64,000 nucleotides of DNA, from positions 96,001 to 160,000 of the forward strand of contig CAWBBV010000024.1 of the NCBI GenBank assembly GCA_963787125.1, given 5' to 3'. The translations under genes were made by a program, and so were the position numbers. The notes under the pieces are model-generated. The model was not told where the DNA came from. It did not search any database and was given only the letters and a program-made list of their open reading frames with translations. Origin of the DNA: an uncultured delta proteobacterium (GTDB lineage Bacteria; Desulfobacterota; Desulfuromonadia; Geobacterales; DSM-12255). Positions 50,852 through 61,254 of the stretch are shown here, in pieces; positions within the stretch are counted from its first letter, which is position 1, and every line of letters starts with the position of its first letter.

Positions 50852-53753
50852 AAATGTTGAAGTAAACCTGATCCGTGCCGTAAACTTTATCAAAACCGTG
50901 TGCATAGCCGATTGCCGGGGTAATTTTGAGCCAATAGCCGACCGTCAGGTCGATTCTTAGCTCCATGCCTGCGCCGGTCATAATATCTTTTCCTTTAAAG
51001 GAGCGGTCGGTATTCCAGCTCTCACCGGCATCAACAAATAGTGCCCCATGGAGGCGATCCAGAAAGAGAGGTTGTGTGCCGAATCCGTGGAGCAGGTATG
51101 ATATGGGGAATCTGTATTCTACTGTGCCGGTCGCAATGCGGTTGCCGGCTGTGAAGTAGGAGTCGTAGCCTCTGAGCCCGAATGGATTTAAAAAAGAAGT
51201 AGCGCCACCGAGCTGAAAAGATTGTTGTGCTGTCTGCTCGCCGTCTGCAATGCCGGCATTTACCCTTGTCAAGATATTGTGGTGCTTGAAAAGGGGGAAA
51301 AACTCCTCCCATGAGGCTGTAGCTTCCCTTGTATCGATTTCGCTCCCGGAAGCTTTACCGAAATACTCAAATTTTAAAGAGATGTTACGTCCTTCCTCAG
51401 TGGTTATTGACCAGGGGTATTTTTGCTGATTTGAGTAGTTAACCCCTGCAAAAAAACTGTCGTGCCTGCCCGCAAAAACAGGTTTCCCGTTATAAGCTAC
51501 AAGTCTGCCGGTTGTGAGATGTTGCTGGTCGCGCAGGTGGTAGCCGCCATTGACCGACCAACCTGATTCAAGACTCCCCAGCGGCGTACTGACAGAGGCG
51601 ACCAGGCCCCGCTCGATTTCAGTGTAATCACCCGATCGAATCAAGTTGGAGTAAGTGGCCGGGAGTGCATAGCCGTGAAGGCTATAAGTAGGGACAAATC
51701 TGCCATACCGGTAGATGGCTTCAAAGTACTCTTTATTGAAACCGGTGCCATAAAGGATTTTCCCCAGATAACTGTGATAACCGAGAACATCCTGACCGGC
51801 AGTCATTGCGCCGACAGCTGAAGAGGTTGCGCCCTCTGGTATGAGCGTCGGCAACCAGAACCTGGGGAGCAGGGTAGGGAGCGGGTCGAAGGGTTTTGAC
51901 TGTAATGACAGCGGCTCTGAAAGTGGTGCTGCTGCCTCGGTCAACAGACTGTTAACCGGGTAAAGGTCACTGTTTATAGATGGGGCAGAGGATCCGGTTT
52001 TGCGGAGGTTTGCTTGAGGGATCACGGCAACTGTCGCGCCAAAGGATGAGTACTCTTCTATCGCCAACGACTGGTCAACAGGTGAGATGTCGGGTGAAAA
52101 GGCGCCGGACAGCAGGTGGGTAATCTGTTTTGCCTCGCCCGAGCCGAGTTTGTAGCTGTAGATGTTGAACACACCGGTGGCATTGGAGGAGAAGAAAATA
52201 GTCTTGCCGTCCGGCGCCCAGGTCGGAGCGTCTATAGCGTGGCCGTTAGTGAGGAGCTCACGGACCGGTGCAGCTTCGAGGGTCAGCAGGTTCAAAGATG
52301 ATCTTCCGTTGCTGTCGGTCAGGGCGAAGGCGATGTTTTTACCGTCCGGGGACCAGCGGGGCGATGAAATTCTACCCTCTTTATAGTTCGTCAGCAGGTC
52401 CGGTTTGACCGCGGTACGTTCTGCGGCAAGATCCTTGAGTTCCAGCAGGCCGATATTCTGACTCCCACGACTGTTGATAACGACTGCCAATCTGTTGCCA
52501 TCGGGCGATATATCCGGTTCCGTTGCTCTTAAACTCTTGGTAAGTCGCTTTATTTTTTTCGTTTTCAGGTCATAACGGTAAATATCCTGATTATTATTCC
52601 CCTCTCTTGAAAGTTCTGCCTGGGTGAAGAAGAGACTGCCGTTGTCTTTGGCCCAGGCGATAGTGCCATCGCCGGGATTGCGGCGAAACTTTGCCACCTC
52701 TGTCCCGTCAACGGATCTGATGATAATGACCGGATAAGAGTGTCTGTCATTGCTATTGCAGGCAAGCAGTTTACCGTCAGGGGAATAACGTGGATTTGTT
52801 TCTGAAACCGATAGCTTGCCAATTCTTCTGGTGACAGTGAACGGCTCGGTCTTAAGGGAGTCGATTCGTCTGTTTTGCTCCTGAATCATCTGAGCAAGCA
52901 TCTCGCCGTAGAGCGTGGCGTACCCTTTACCGCTGATCTGGTCTTGCGGGGCTTGATTGATAAAGTAAGGGAAACGTCCGGACTGCTGGATGGAGATGCT
53001 GCCGGGGAGCTCTTTGCCATATGTAGCGGCAATGTACTGAATCAAACTGGAACCGAAAATGTACGGTGAATTCCCTTCAGGCCAGGAGGGCAGGTCACCG
53101 TTTATCTTGTCGATGCCCGGAAGGTTGTCATCTGCCACTGCTGTTCGATAAAGCATCTGATAGTAGCTGCTGCGTCCTCTGCCCGAGGTTGTCAGTTCGG
53201 TTTCAGCCCAGGTTGAGAACCCTTCGTGCCACCAGCGGGGCATCATCATGTTTGGTGGCCCGGTAGCGACAAAAGTGAGCAGACTTAAAAGATCCCCAAG
53301 GGGGACAACTTTGCCGAATATCTGCCGTGTTCTCTTGCTGTAACCCTGGACCGGGTCAGAGGTGAGGACGTGGGCGTATTCATGGACTATCAGGAGCCGC
53401 AGCCAGTTGTCATATTCGCCCAGTGATGAAGCCATTGACGGTGGTGCGGTCTGCAGGTAGATCAGATTGTAAGGGACAACGGTCGTCACGCCGTTGGCAA
53501 AGTCCGAGTTGTCAGCAATAACAATATGCGTTTTCTCTTGGGGTTGCCACTGCAGAAGCTTCGTCAGCTTGCCCTGGATCTCCTCGGCTGTGGCCGCAGC
53601 ACGACCGGCAATATCTTCCAGACCTTGATGGTAGTAGATAGTGAAGTGCTCAGTCTGGATAACGGAGAAGTCAAAAGCGGGATCAAACATTGCCGTATTT
53701 CCCGGCAGTGGAAAAAGGAGAAATAAGGCAAAAACCAGAAAAAACCTTTTCAT
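50838..53753 (-). CDS. Outer-membrane protein: MA-clan metallopeptidase-like domain, TolB-like PD40 propeller and Omp85-like barrel
   Basis: HEYAH and WWHEG motifs; repeated P.[WYFI]SPDG; LRGY, GTVEYRFP, LFVDAG in the C-terminal barrel. Confidence 0.8.
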   Translation of the reverse strand: MKRFFLVFALFLLFPLPGNTAMFDPAFDFSVIQTEHFTIYYHQGLEDIAGRAAATAEEIQGKLTKLLQWQPQEKTHIVIADNSDFANGVTTVVPYNLIYLQTAPPSMASSLGEYDNWLRLLIVHEYAHVLTSDPVQGYSKRTRQIFGKVVPLGDLLSLLTFVATGPPNMMMPRWWHEGFSTWAETELTTSGRGRSSYYQMLYRTAVADDNLPGIDKINGDLPSWPEGNSPYIFGSSLIQYIAATYGKELPGSISIQQSGRFPYFINQAPQDQISGKGYATLYGEMLAQMIQEQNRRIDSLKTEPFTVTRRIGKLSVSETNPRYSPDGKLLACNSNDRHSYPVIIIRSVDGTEVAKFRRNPGDGTIAWAKDNGSLFFTQAELSREGNNNQDIYRYDLKTKKIKRLTKSLRATEPDISPDGNRLAVVINSRGSQNIGLLELKDLAAERTAVKPDLLTNYKEGRISSPRWSPDGKNIAFALTDSNGRSSLNLLTLEAAPVRELLTNGHAIDAPTWAPDGKTIFFSSNATGVFNIYSYKLGSGEAKQITHLLSGAFSPDISPVDQSLAIEEYSSFGATVAVIPQANLRKTGSSAPSINSDLYPVNSLLTEAAAPLSEPLSLQSKPFDPLPTLLPRFWLPTLIPEGATSSAVGAMTAGQDVLGYHSYLGKILYGTGFNKEYFEAIYRYGRFVPTYSLHGYALPATYSNLIRSGDYTEIERGLVASVSTPLGSLESGWSVNGGYHLRDQQHLTTGRLVAYNGKPVFAGRHDSFFAGVNYSNQQKYPWSITTEEGRNISLKFEYFGKASGSEIDTREATASWEEFFPLFKHHNILTRVNAGIADGEQTAQQSFQLGGATSFLNPFGLRGYDSYFTAGNRIATGTVEYRFPISYLLHGFGTQPLFLDRLHGALFVDAGESWNTDRSFKGKDIMTGAGMELRIDLTVGYWLKITPAIGYAHGFDKVYGTDQVYFNIYANL

Positions 53754-53887
53754 TAACAAAACTCCATCAGGTAGTGATTCTAGCGTTGACAAACGCCGGA
53801 AATTTCGTATACAGTATACACCATTTTACCCCCAGATCAGCTATTAAAACCTGCAATTTAGGCAGATAAACAAGGAGGAAGAGAGAG

Positions 53888-56419
53888 ATGATTGAAGCGT
53901 ATCTGAAGCATCAGGAAGAGCGTAACGCACAGGGTATACCGGCGCTGCCACTCACCCCGGAGCAGACAACAGACCTCTGTAAACTACTGGAAAATCCACC
54001 GGCAGGCAAGGAAGAGTTTCTTGTCGAACTCCTTAAAGAGCGTGTTTCCCCAGGGGTAGATCCGGCAGCGGAAGTCAAGGCTGCATTTCTTGCAGACGTA
54101 GTCACAGGTACCAGGAAATCACCACTGATTTCCAAAGTTGATGCTGTGCGTATGCTTGGCACCATGCTCGGCGGTTACAACGTCTACCCTCTGGTCGATG
54201 CCCTCAAGGATGCTGATCTGGCTGGTGAGGCTGCGTGTGCACTCTCAGGCATGACCCTTGTATATGACGGTTTTGACCGGGTTGTCGAGCTTGCCAAGAG
54301 CAATGCAGCAGCCAAGATGGTTCTGACTTCATGGGCAAATGCCGAGTGGTTCACCAATCGCGCCGGTGTTCCCGAAACGATCAAGGTGAAGGTATTTAAA
54401 GTAGAAGGCGAGATCAACACTGACGATTTCTCTCCTGCAGGTGATGCCTGGAGCCGCCCTGATATCCCACTTCATGCCCTTGCCATGGGCAAGACCCGCT
54501 TCCCCAACCGTCTCAAGGATATAGCTGCCTGGCGCGCAGCCGGTCATCAGGTTGCCTTTGTCGGCGACGTTGTCGGTACCGGTTCTTCCCGCAAATCTGC
54601 CTGCAACTCCGTTCTTTGGCACATGGGGCAGGATATCCCCTGCGTACCGAACAAAAAGACCGCCGGGGTAATTATCGGCTCCGTTATCGCACCAATCTTT
54701 TTCAACACTGCCCAGGATTCCGGCGCTCTGCCAATCAAGGCCGACGTGTCCAAATTGAACGACGGCGATGTTATCACCATTAATGCCGTCAAGGGCGAGA
54801 TCTGCAATGAGGCCGGCGAAGTTATCTCCACTTTCAAGCTATCGCCTAATACCATCGCTGACGAGTTCCGCGCCGGTGGACGTATTCCGCTGATCATCGG
54901 CCGTGCCGTAACCGTCAATGCCCGTAAAGCGCTTGGTTTGGGTGAGACCGATGTTTTTACCCTCCCGGTAAACCCGGAGCCAAAGGCCGGTCAGGGCTAC
55001 TCGCTGGCACAGAAGATGGTCGGCAAGGCCTGCGGTGTTACCGGCATTCTGCCGGGAACAGCCTGCGATCCGAAGATGACGACTGTCGGCAGCCAGGATA
55101 CCACCGGGCCGATGACTGCTGACGAGCTCAAAGAGCTTGCCTGCCTCAAATTTCTCTCCCCGATGTTCATGCAGTCGTTCTGCCATACAGCCGCGTATCC
55201 GAAGCCTGCTGATGTCAAGATGCACAAAACTCTGCCCCAGTTCATCATCGAGCGTGGCGGCGTCCCCTTGAAGCCGGGCGATGGCGTTATCCACTCCTGG
55301 CTGAACCGCCTCCTCCTTCCCGACACTGTCGGTACTGGCGGCGACTCCCACACACGTTTCCCGATCGGTATCTCTTTCCCGGCAGGTTCCGGCCTGGTCG
55401 CTTTTGCCGGCGCAATGGGCTTCATGCCGCTGGATATGCCTGAATCAGTCCTTGTCCGCTTCAAGGGCAAGTTTAATCAGGGGATCACGCTGCGCGATGC
55501 CGTCAACGCCATCCCCTACTGGGCAATCAAGCAGGGTCACCTGACCGTTCCGAAAAAGAACAAGATTAACGTCTTCAACGGCCGCATTCTCGAGATGGAA
55601 GGTCTTCCCGACCTGACTGTAGAGCAGGCTTTCGAGCTGACCGACGCCGCTGCAGAGCGTTCAGCCGCAGCCGGGTGCATCCAGCTCTCCAAAGAGTCGG
55701 TAGCAAAGTACCTTCGCTCAAACGTCGCCCTGATGAAGCAGATGATCAAAGACGGTTATCAGGACGCCACAACCCTCCAGAACCGTATCGATGCAGTCAA
55801 CGCCTGGCTTGCCAAGCCTGAACTGCTCGAAGCTGACAAGAATGCCGAATATGCCGCTGTTATCGAAATTGATCTTTCCGAGATTACCGAGCCGATTCTT
55901 GCCTGTCCGAACGATCCAGATGATGTCAAGCTGCTCTCCGACGTTGCCGGAACTCCGATTCAAGATATTTTCCTCGGTTCCTGCATGACCAACATCGGCC
56001 ATTTCCGCGCTGCCGGTGAAATCTGGCGCGGTCTCAAGTTTAATCCGGATGTCCGCACCTGGATCTGCCCGCCAACCCGCATGGATCAGGTGAAGTTGAA
56101 AGACGAAGCCTACTTCTCGGTTTACAGCGCCTTTGGCGCCCGTATCGAGATCGCCGGATGTTCCCTCTGCATGGGTAATCAGGCGCGCGTCCCTGACGGG
56201 GTAAATATGTACTCAACCTCAACCCGTAACTTTGACGACAGGATCGGTAACGGTGCCAAGGTATTCCTCGGCTCCGCCGAGCTGGGCGCAGTAACGGCAA
56301 CCATGGGTAAACTCCCGACTGTTGCCGAATTCATGGCGGTTTACAAAGAGAAGGTTGAGCCGAATAAAGAGAAAATCTACCAGTATCTCCAGTTTGATGA
56401 GATCGCTGAATACAAGTAA
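53888..56419 (+). CDS. acnB: Aconitate hydratase B
   Basis: [48 protein letters not shown]. Confidence 0.97.
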   Translation: MIEAYLKHQEERNAQGIPALPLTPEQTTDLCKLLENPPAGKEEFLVELLKERVSPGVDPAAEVKAAFLADVVTGTRKSPLISKVDAVRMLGTMLGGYNVYPLVDALKDADLAGEAACALSGMTLVYDGFDRVVELAKSNAAAKMVLTSWANAEWFTNRAGVPETIKVKVFKVEGEINTDDFSPAGDAWSRPDIPLHALAMGKTRFPNRLKDIAAWRAAGHQVAFVGDVVGTGSSRKSACNSVLWHMGQDIPCVPNKKTAGVIIGSVIAPIFFNTAQDSGALPIKADVSKLNDGDVITINAVKGEICNEAGEVISTFKLSPNTIADEFRAGGRIPLIIGRAVTVNARKALGLGETDVFTLPVNPEPKAGQGYSLAQKMVGKACGVTGILPGTACDPKMTTVGSQDTTGPMTADELKELACLKFLSPMFMQSFCHTAAYPKPADVKMHKTLPQFIIERGGVPLKPGDGVIHSWLNRLLLPDTVGTGGDSHTRFPIGISFPAGSGLVAFAGAMGFMPLDMPESVLVRFKGKFNQGITLRDAVNAIPYWAIKQGHLTVPKKNKINVFNGRILEMEGLPDLTVEQAFELTDAAAERSAAAGCIQLSKESVAKYLRSNVALMKQMIKDGYQDATTLQNRIDAVNAWLAKPELLEADKNAEYAAVIEIDLSEITEPILACPNDPDDVKLLSDVAGTPIQDIFLGSCMTNIGHFRAAGEIWRGLKFNPDVRTWICPPTRMDQVKLKDEAYFSVYSAFGARIEIAGCSLCMGNQARVPDGVNMYSTSTRNFDDRIGNGAKVFLGSAELGAVTATMGKLPTVAEFMAVYKEKVEPNKEKIYQYLQFDEIAEYK

Positions 56420-56445
56420 ATTTTTCTGCTGAAAATGTTGTAAAT

Positions 56446-56484
56446 AAAGGAGGCTTGCCGGATAAATGGTGAGCCTCCTTTTTT
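56446..56484 (+). terminator. Intrinsic terminator after acnB
   Basis: AAAGGAGGCTTGCC...GGTGAGCCTCCTTTTTT. Confidence 0.78.
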
Positions 56485-56504
56485 ATCATCTGTCCTGGTA
56501 GTCT

Positions 56505-56641
56505 GGAGAATATTCCCCACCAGAGTTGAATATTCTCCGTAATCACCTCCTGCCATATGTTCCCTGACATGTCCCGATAAATGAATACCGACTATAAATC
56601 AGTATGTTAACTGTTGATACTGTTTTTGGCATGAGAGTTGA
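56505..56641 (+). promoter_or_regulatory. Sigma54-type promoter module: palindromic UAS, IHF site and -24/-12 element
   Basis: GGAGAATATTC-N12-GAATATTCTCC (56505-56538); AATCAGTATGTTA matching IHF WATCAR-N4-TTR (56597-56609); TTGGCATGAGAGTTGA (GG at 56628). Confidence 0.6.
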
Positions 56642-56672
56642 AGTATGTCTTGAAACGGTCAAGGAGGCTTAC

Positions 56673-56867
56673 ATGACATACAAGATAGTTTCAACACTGC
56701 TGCTGGTTATTATTTCTGCCGCACTACTGGTAAACCTGGCGTTCAAGGTAAAGCTTAACGCTTCATCAGGGGAGGGTCCACGGCTACAGACAGCAACAAA
56801 AGGCTGCTGCGGCAGCGGTGGCGGCGGCTGTGGCGCAAAAATTCAAAATCAGGTTAAAGGAGAGTGA
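56673..56867 (+). CDS. Small membrane-anchored Cys/Gly-rich protein (GCCGSGGGGCG)
   Basis: AAGGAGG RBS, ATG 56673, one TM, CC...C motif; first gene of the operon. Confidence 0.65.
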   Translation: MTYKIVSTLLLVIISAALLVNLAFKVKLNASSGEGPRLQTATKGCCGSGGGGCGAKIQNQVKGE

Positions 56868-56868
56868 C

Positions 56869-57324
56869 ATGAGTTTCAGAAGAAGGGTGGTCGCAGTCGT
56901 AACTTTAACAGTGCTGTGCGCAGGGGTCTTGACGGCCGGTGCTTTTTCGCTCGGCAAGTATGAAAAGGTCAAACCGTCCGGCGGCGTCGTCACCATAGCG
57001 ACCGCCAAACTGGCCGATGGCAAGGCACATTTCTACAAGTTTGAAGATGGTGGCAAGGAGATTGCTTTTTTTGCCGCCAAGGCAGCTGACGGCAGCTACA
57101 AGGCTGCTTTTGACGCCTGTGACTCCTGTTTCAAGTCTAAAAAAGGGTATGAGCAGGCAGGGGACAAGATGAACTGCAAAAACTGCAACCAGAAGTTCGC
57201 CATAGCCAAGCTCGGTCCCAATGCCACCGGTGGCTGCAATCCCGGCTATCTGCCGTCTCAGCAGAGCGGCGGGGCTATTTTGATCAAAGTGGAAGATATT
57301 AAAGCCGGGGCGAAATACTTCTGA
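56869..57324 (+). CDS. DUF2318-family (predicted Fe-S/metal-binding) periplasmic protein
   Basis: AFDACDSC, CKNC, GGCNP. Confidence 0.85.
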   Translation: MSFRRRVVAVVTLTVLCAGVLTAGAFSLGKYEKVKPSGGVVTIATAKLADGKAHFYKFEDGGKEIAFFAAKAADGSYKAAFDACDSCFKSKKGYEQAGDKMNCKNCNQKFAIAKLGPNATGGCNPGYLPSQQSGGAILIKVEDIKAGAKYF

Positions 57325-58484
57325 TGCAACTGCACACTATCTCCATCAACAACCTGAAACGCCGTAAAGCCAAGATGGCATTTCTGACAATCGGTCTGGC
57401 TGTCGGCATTGCCACCATTGTCACTCTGGTAACCCTGACCCGTTCAATGTCCAGTGATATTGAACGGAAAATGGATGAATTCGGTGCCAATATTCTTGTC
57501 ACCCCGCAAAGCAATGGCCTGGCCATGAACTATGGTGGCATCAGCCTGGGTGGGGTCAGCTTTGATCAGCGCGAAATCAAAGAGGCAGATCTTGCCAGGA
57601 TCAAGACCATCGAAAACCACAAGAATATTGCTACCATCTCACCTAAAGTGCTCGGGGGGCTCAAGGTCAAAAACCACGATGTTCTTCTGGTCGGGGTGAA
57701 TTTCGAGAGCGAACTGAAGATGAAGCAGTGGTGGAAGGTTTTTGGTCAAACACCCCAAAATAGCAGCGAACTTCTTCTCGGCAGCGATGCAGCCAAGGTT
57801 CTTGATGTCATGACCGGCGACCCTTTGATCATGAAGGGCGAAACGTTTAAAGTGGTCGGCATCCTGGATCAGACCGGCTCGCAGGATGACTCTCTGGTCT
57901 TTGTTTCGCTGCCAAAAGCGCAGAAACTGCTCGGTAAGGAGGGGAGGATCACTCTGGCCGAAGTGGCTGCTCTCTGTTCCGGTTGTCCAATCGGTGACAT
58001 GGTGAACCAGATCGCCGAAAAAATCCCCGCTGCCAAGGTATCGGCTATCCAGCAGGTCGTTGAGGGGCGACTCAAAGCCCTTGATCAGTTTAAACGTTTC
58101 TCTTATGCCATGGCGGCGGTGGTAACCTTTATCGGTTCTATGATCGTTTTCGTGACCATGATGGGGAGTGTTAACGAGCGGACAACCGAGATCGGCGTCT
58201 TTAGGGCCATCGGTTTCAGAAAGAGCCATATTATGCGGATCATTCTGCTGGAAGCCGCGCTGGTAAGCCTTTTGGCAGGGTTTATCGGTTACGCTGCCGG
58301 TATGGGTGGCACAACACTGGCGCTGCCGTTTATGGCCGAGAGCAAGAGTGCCCACCTCGTTTGGGATGTTAGCGTGGCATTCGGTTCAATCGGTCTGGCA
58401 GTTGCGTTGGGGCTTGTGGCAAGTATTTATCCGGCGCTGCATGCCAGCAAGATGGATCCGACAGAAGCGCTAAGGGCACTTTGA
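57324..58484 (+). CDS. MacB/FtsX-like ABC permease with periplasmic CxxC
   Basis: FGANILVTP, LCSGCP, SVNERTTEIGVFRAIG, DPTEALR. Confidence 0.9.
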   Translation: MQLHTISINNLKRRKAKMAFLTIGLAVGIATIVTLVTLTRSMSSDIERKMDEFGANILVTPQSNGLAMNYGGISLGGVSFDQREIKEADLARIKTIENHKNIATISPKVLGGLKVKNHDVLLVGVNFESELKMKQWWKVFGQTPQNSSELLLGSDAAKVLDVMTGDPLIMKGETFKVVGILDQTGSQDDSLVFVSLPKAQKLLGKEGRITLAEVAALCSGCPIGDMVNQIAEKIPAAKVSAIQQVVEGRLKALDQFKRFSYAMAAVVTFIGSMIVFVTMMGSVNERTTEIGVFRAIGFRKSHIMRIILLEAALVSLLAGFIGYAAGMGGTTLALPFMAESKSAHLVWDVSVAFGSIGLAVALGLVASIYPALHASKMDPTEALRAL

Positions 58485-58496
58485 ACTAAACCTTTT

Positions 58497-58667
58497 AATA
58501 GAACGCGGATGACGCGGATTGGGCGGATTTACGCAGATGTTAAATGCAAAAATGATTCAAGGGCTAAATCGAATCAAGTTTTTTCATTTCGTGGTTTGCT
58601 TTTACCTGTTTTGTAAGGTTTTAAAATCCGTCTTTATCCGCTAAATCCGCGTCATCCGCGTTCTATT
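58497..58667. repeat. Intergenic inverted-repeat (REP/MITE-like) element, copy 1
   Basis: Perfect 24-bp terminal IR AATAGAACGCGGATGACGCGGATT (58497-58520 / 58644-58667) with 9-nt periodic GCGGAT units. Confidence 0.85.
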
Positions 58668-58689
58668 GCTTTTGAATATGGAGTTAGAA

Positions 58690-59355
58690 ATGGCACTTAT
58701 CGAAATGAAAAACGTGAAAAAGCACTACGCCAGCGGCGGTGATGTTGTCGAGGCGCTGCGCGGTGTTGATATCTGTATCGAGACCGGTGAATTCATCACT
58801 ATCATGGGGCAGTCCGGTTCCGGCAAAAGCACGCTCCTGTCGGTCCTGGGGGGGATGAATCACCCAACCGCAGGTGAGGTTGAGATGGCCGGGGTGAAGC
58901 TGTATCAACTACCGGGCGAACAACTTGCCGATTTTCGGGCTCAGAATCTGGGCTTTGTTTTTCAGTCGTTCCACCTGATCTCATATCTGACCGCCATCGA
59001 GAATGTCATGCTGCCGCTGGCCATCGTCAGGATGAAGACCACCGCAAAACGGGCTGTAGCACAACAGGCTCTGGAGCGGGTAGGACTCGGTGCCAAACTT
59101 GACCGTCTTCCCAATCAGCTCTCCGGCGGCGAGCAGGAGCGGGTAGCCATTGCCAGGGCGATAGTTAATAACCCGAAAATTCTGCTGGCTGATGAGCCGA
59201 CCGGCAATCTGGACTCCAAGACCAGCGAAGAGGTCATGGCGCTCTTCAGAGAGTTGAATAGCGCCGGCCAGACCGTGGTAATGGTGACACACAATGCTGA
59301 CAACTGCCGTTATGCTGACAGGAGTATTGTGTTGAGAGATGGTGTAGTTGTCTGA
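58690..59355 (+). CDS. ABC transporter ATP-binding protein (LolD/MacB-like)
   Basis: [39 protein letters not shown]. Confidence 0.93.
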   Translation: MALIEMKNVKKHYASGGDVVEALRGVDICIETGEFITIMGQSGSGKSTLLSVLGGMNHPTAGEVEMAGVKLYQLPGEQLADFRAQNLGFVFQSFHLISYLTAIENVMLPLAIVRMKTTAKRAVAQQALERVGLGAKLDRLPNQLSGGEQERVAIARAIVNNPKILLADEPTGNLDSKTSEEVMALFRELNSAGQTVVMVTHNADNCRYADRSIVLRDGVVV

Positions 59356-59633
59356 TGATTTATCAGTGCGACGGGTGAGAGTGTCTTCGACGCTCAAAAA
59401 AACAGAGATGAATTGCAATGTTTCCGGATAGTTGCTTCAACTTCGGCATGCCGAACTTCCGACAAAATCAGTCTTGTTAGCATATGTTTGGTATGACACG
59501 ACACGTCGGACCCAACTTCTTAAAGGCACTGCTAAAATAAAAGCGAAAAATTCTTTACACTATCAGGTTAACCGGCTTAACTCTTCCCGTGCCACCCGCA
59601 GTGCGCGCAAAAAGGCCGTGTAGCCTTTGCATC

Positions 59634-59680
59634 GGGCTTCACGGCCTTTTTATTGGTTGAATCTGTCTCGTGTCAAGGGC
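59634..59680. repeat. 47-bp direct repeat, left copy
   Basis: 40/47 identical to 60362-60408 by manual alignment. Confidence 0.8.
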
Positions 59681-59692
59681 TGCCTAGGCAGT

Positions 59693-59956
59693 CTACCTGT
59701 CTATAGTGTCATGGGTGCCATTGCCGGTTTTACAGCGTGCATAAACATATTCAGGATCAAGGTCAACCCCGCAATCCCATTCAACAGTGTCAAACGCGAC
59801 CCTGACTCGATTGAAAGCGTCATAGTCCTTTATTTGCTTGAATACGCCAAAATCAAGAATGGGCTTCATGTCGAGGATGCCATTTTCACCATTATCAAAA
59901 ACAATCGAAAGAGTGTAGTCCTCACCAGGAACAACAGCTGTTACCGAAGGGTACAT
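59693..59956 (-). CDS. DUF2442-family protein (putative TA component)
   Basis: DYTLSIVFDNGE...FNRV...VEW..GVDLDPE.VY. Confidence 0.85.
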   Translation of the reverse strand: MYPSVTAVVPGEDYTLSIVFDNGENGILDMKPILDFGVFKQIKDYDAFNRVRVAFDTVEWDCGVDLDPEYVYARCKTGNGTHDTIDR

Positions 59957-59967
59957 AATTTGACTCC

Positions 59968-60234
59968 TTACTGTAGAGGTTGAATCTTGAACGGCTCTTC
60001 TCCGTTCATAACGAGTTTCCAGTCTGCCATCAAGTCTTCCTGATGTAGTTCTGCCCAGGCGAGAGCCAGTTTTGTCTGTCTGCGGGGCAAATTCCCTTCA
60101 ATTATTTCGCAAGTCCGAATATCAACAGATGCCTTGAATTCATTGTAGTAGACATGGAAATGTGGTGGCGGATGCTCATCAGGGGCAAAATACATCCGGA
60201 TTATAATTCCGTAGAACATTGAAATAGTCGGCAT
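59968..60234 (-). CDS. DUF4160-family protein (putative TA component)
   Basis: MPTISMFYGIIIRMY..DEHPPPHFHVYY...WAELHQEDL..DW. Confidence 0.88.
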   Translation of the reverse strand: MPTISMFYGIIIRMYFAPDEHPPPHFHVYYNEFKASVDIRTCEIIEGNLPRRQTKLALAWAELHQEDLMADWKLVMNGEEPFKIQPLQ

Positions 60235-60361
60235 AGAATTAGCCTCCAAAATTTATGCATGTAAATTAATCGGATTCTCTTGTAGGCACAAAAGGGTAAT
60301 TCGCACTATAAAATAAATTCAGTAAAATGTGTAGTGTTGACACCGGCTGATTATGGATATT

Positions 60362-60408
60362 GGGCTTCACGGTCGATATAGTGGTTCAATATGTCTCGTG
60401 TCAAGGGC
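60362..60408. repeat. 47-bp direct repeat, right copy
   Basis: GGGCTTCACGG...TGTCTCGTGTCAAGGGC, matching 59634-59680. Confidence 0.8.
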
Positions 60409-60612
60409 AGACCCTGCCTGGCATGTTCGGTGGACTATAGAATGTCCCCCCTAGGCGTCCCATGGCTGATTTATCAAAGAGCATGAAACGATGGGTAATA
60501 AATGTCAGTTGATTCGCTACACGGCTGAGTCTCTAAGCTTCTCAAGAAAGTTAATTTGGGCAACAGGCCGTCGAGGGCTGACCCTGCCGGTGTTAAGAAA
60601 ACCGAGGCCGAG

Positions 60613-61254
60613 TTACTTGCTTTTCAATGCAATTATACTTTGTATAAACAATGCAAAAAATATAATTGAATATATCCAATAGCCATTTAAAGCGGTAAAA
60701 ACACTTACAATTAAAGTCACTATAACAGCAAAAATATTAGTAAACAAATGTCGCTTTTCAGCTTCAATCTTTGTATTAAAACCAAGCTCAGTAATTTTCG
60801 ATAAAAATTCTGTTGCACATTCTTTGCTTTCGACATCTAAAGATTCCAAACAGGGCTGACCTGATAAAATTGTAAATAGGCAGGTATTTTGAGCGTCTTT
60901 TATCATTAACCATGAAGAATAATCTTTGCTACGCCCAGAATTTCCGATCCATATTACTTGAGAATCATCTTTAGTAAATTTAAGTTGGTAGGACTTCAAT
61001 TTTAAATCTTCAAGTGTTAATACGATAGCGTCATCGTTAAACACAAGAACAGCCGGTGTGGGGGCTTTATAGGTTTTGAAAGTCCCTCCGTGGTATAAAT
61101 ATGCATTGTATGATCCTATTATCTTTTCGCCAGAGGCAAAAGCAATCTTCCTTAATTCATCAATAGATGCTGCAACCTTTTTCTCTAATGAATACGTGTA
61201 TATAAAGATACCCGCAGTGAAAAAAAACAAAATTACGAATATTACTCCAATCAT
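60613..61254 (-). CDS. AT-rich hypothetical membrane protein (about 3 TM)
   Basis: 213-aa ORF with GAGGTGA RBS, N-terminal TM and two C-terminal TMs. Confidence 0.7.
   Translation of the reverse strand: MIGVIFVILFFFTAGIFIYTYSLEKKVAASIDELRKIAFASGEKIIGSYNAYLYHGGTFKTYKAPTPAVLVFNDDAIVLTLEDLKLKSYQLKFTKDDSQVIWIGNSGRSKDYSSWLMIKDAQNTCLFTILSGQPCLESLDVESKECATEFLSKITELGFNTKIEAEKRHLFTNIFAVIVTLIVSVFTALNGYWIYSIIFFALFIQSIIALKSK

Noticed and set aside
59432..59623. 63-aa ORF or possible transposase remnant
   Set aside because: No RBS or recognisable domain; cannot support a call.
59634..61254. Classical integron cassette array
   Set aside because: No RYYYAAC...GTTRRRY attC structure or integrase seen.
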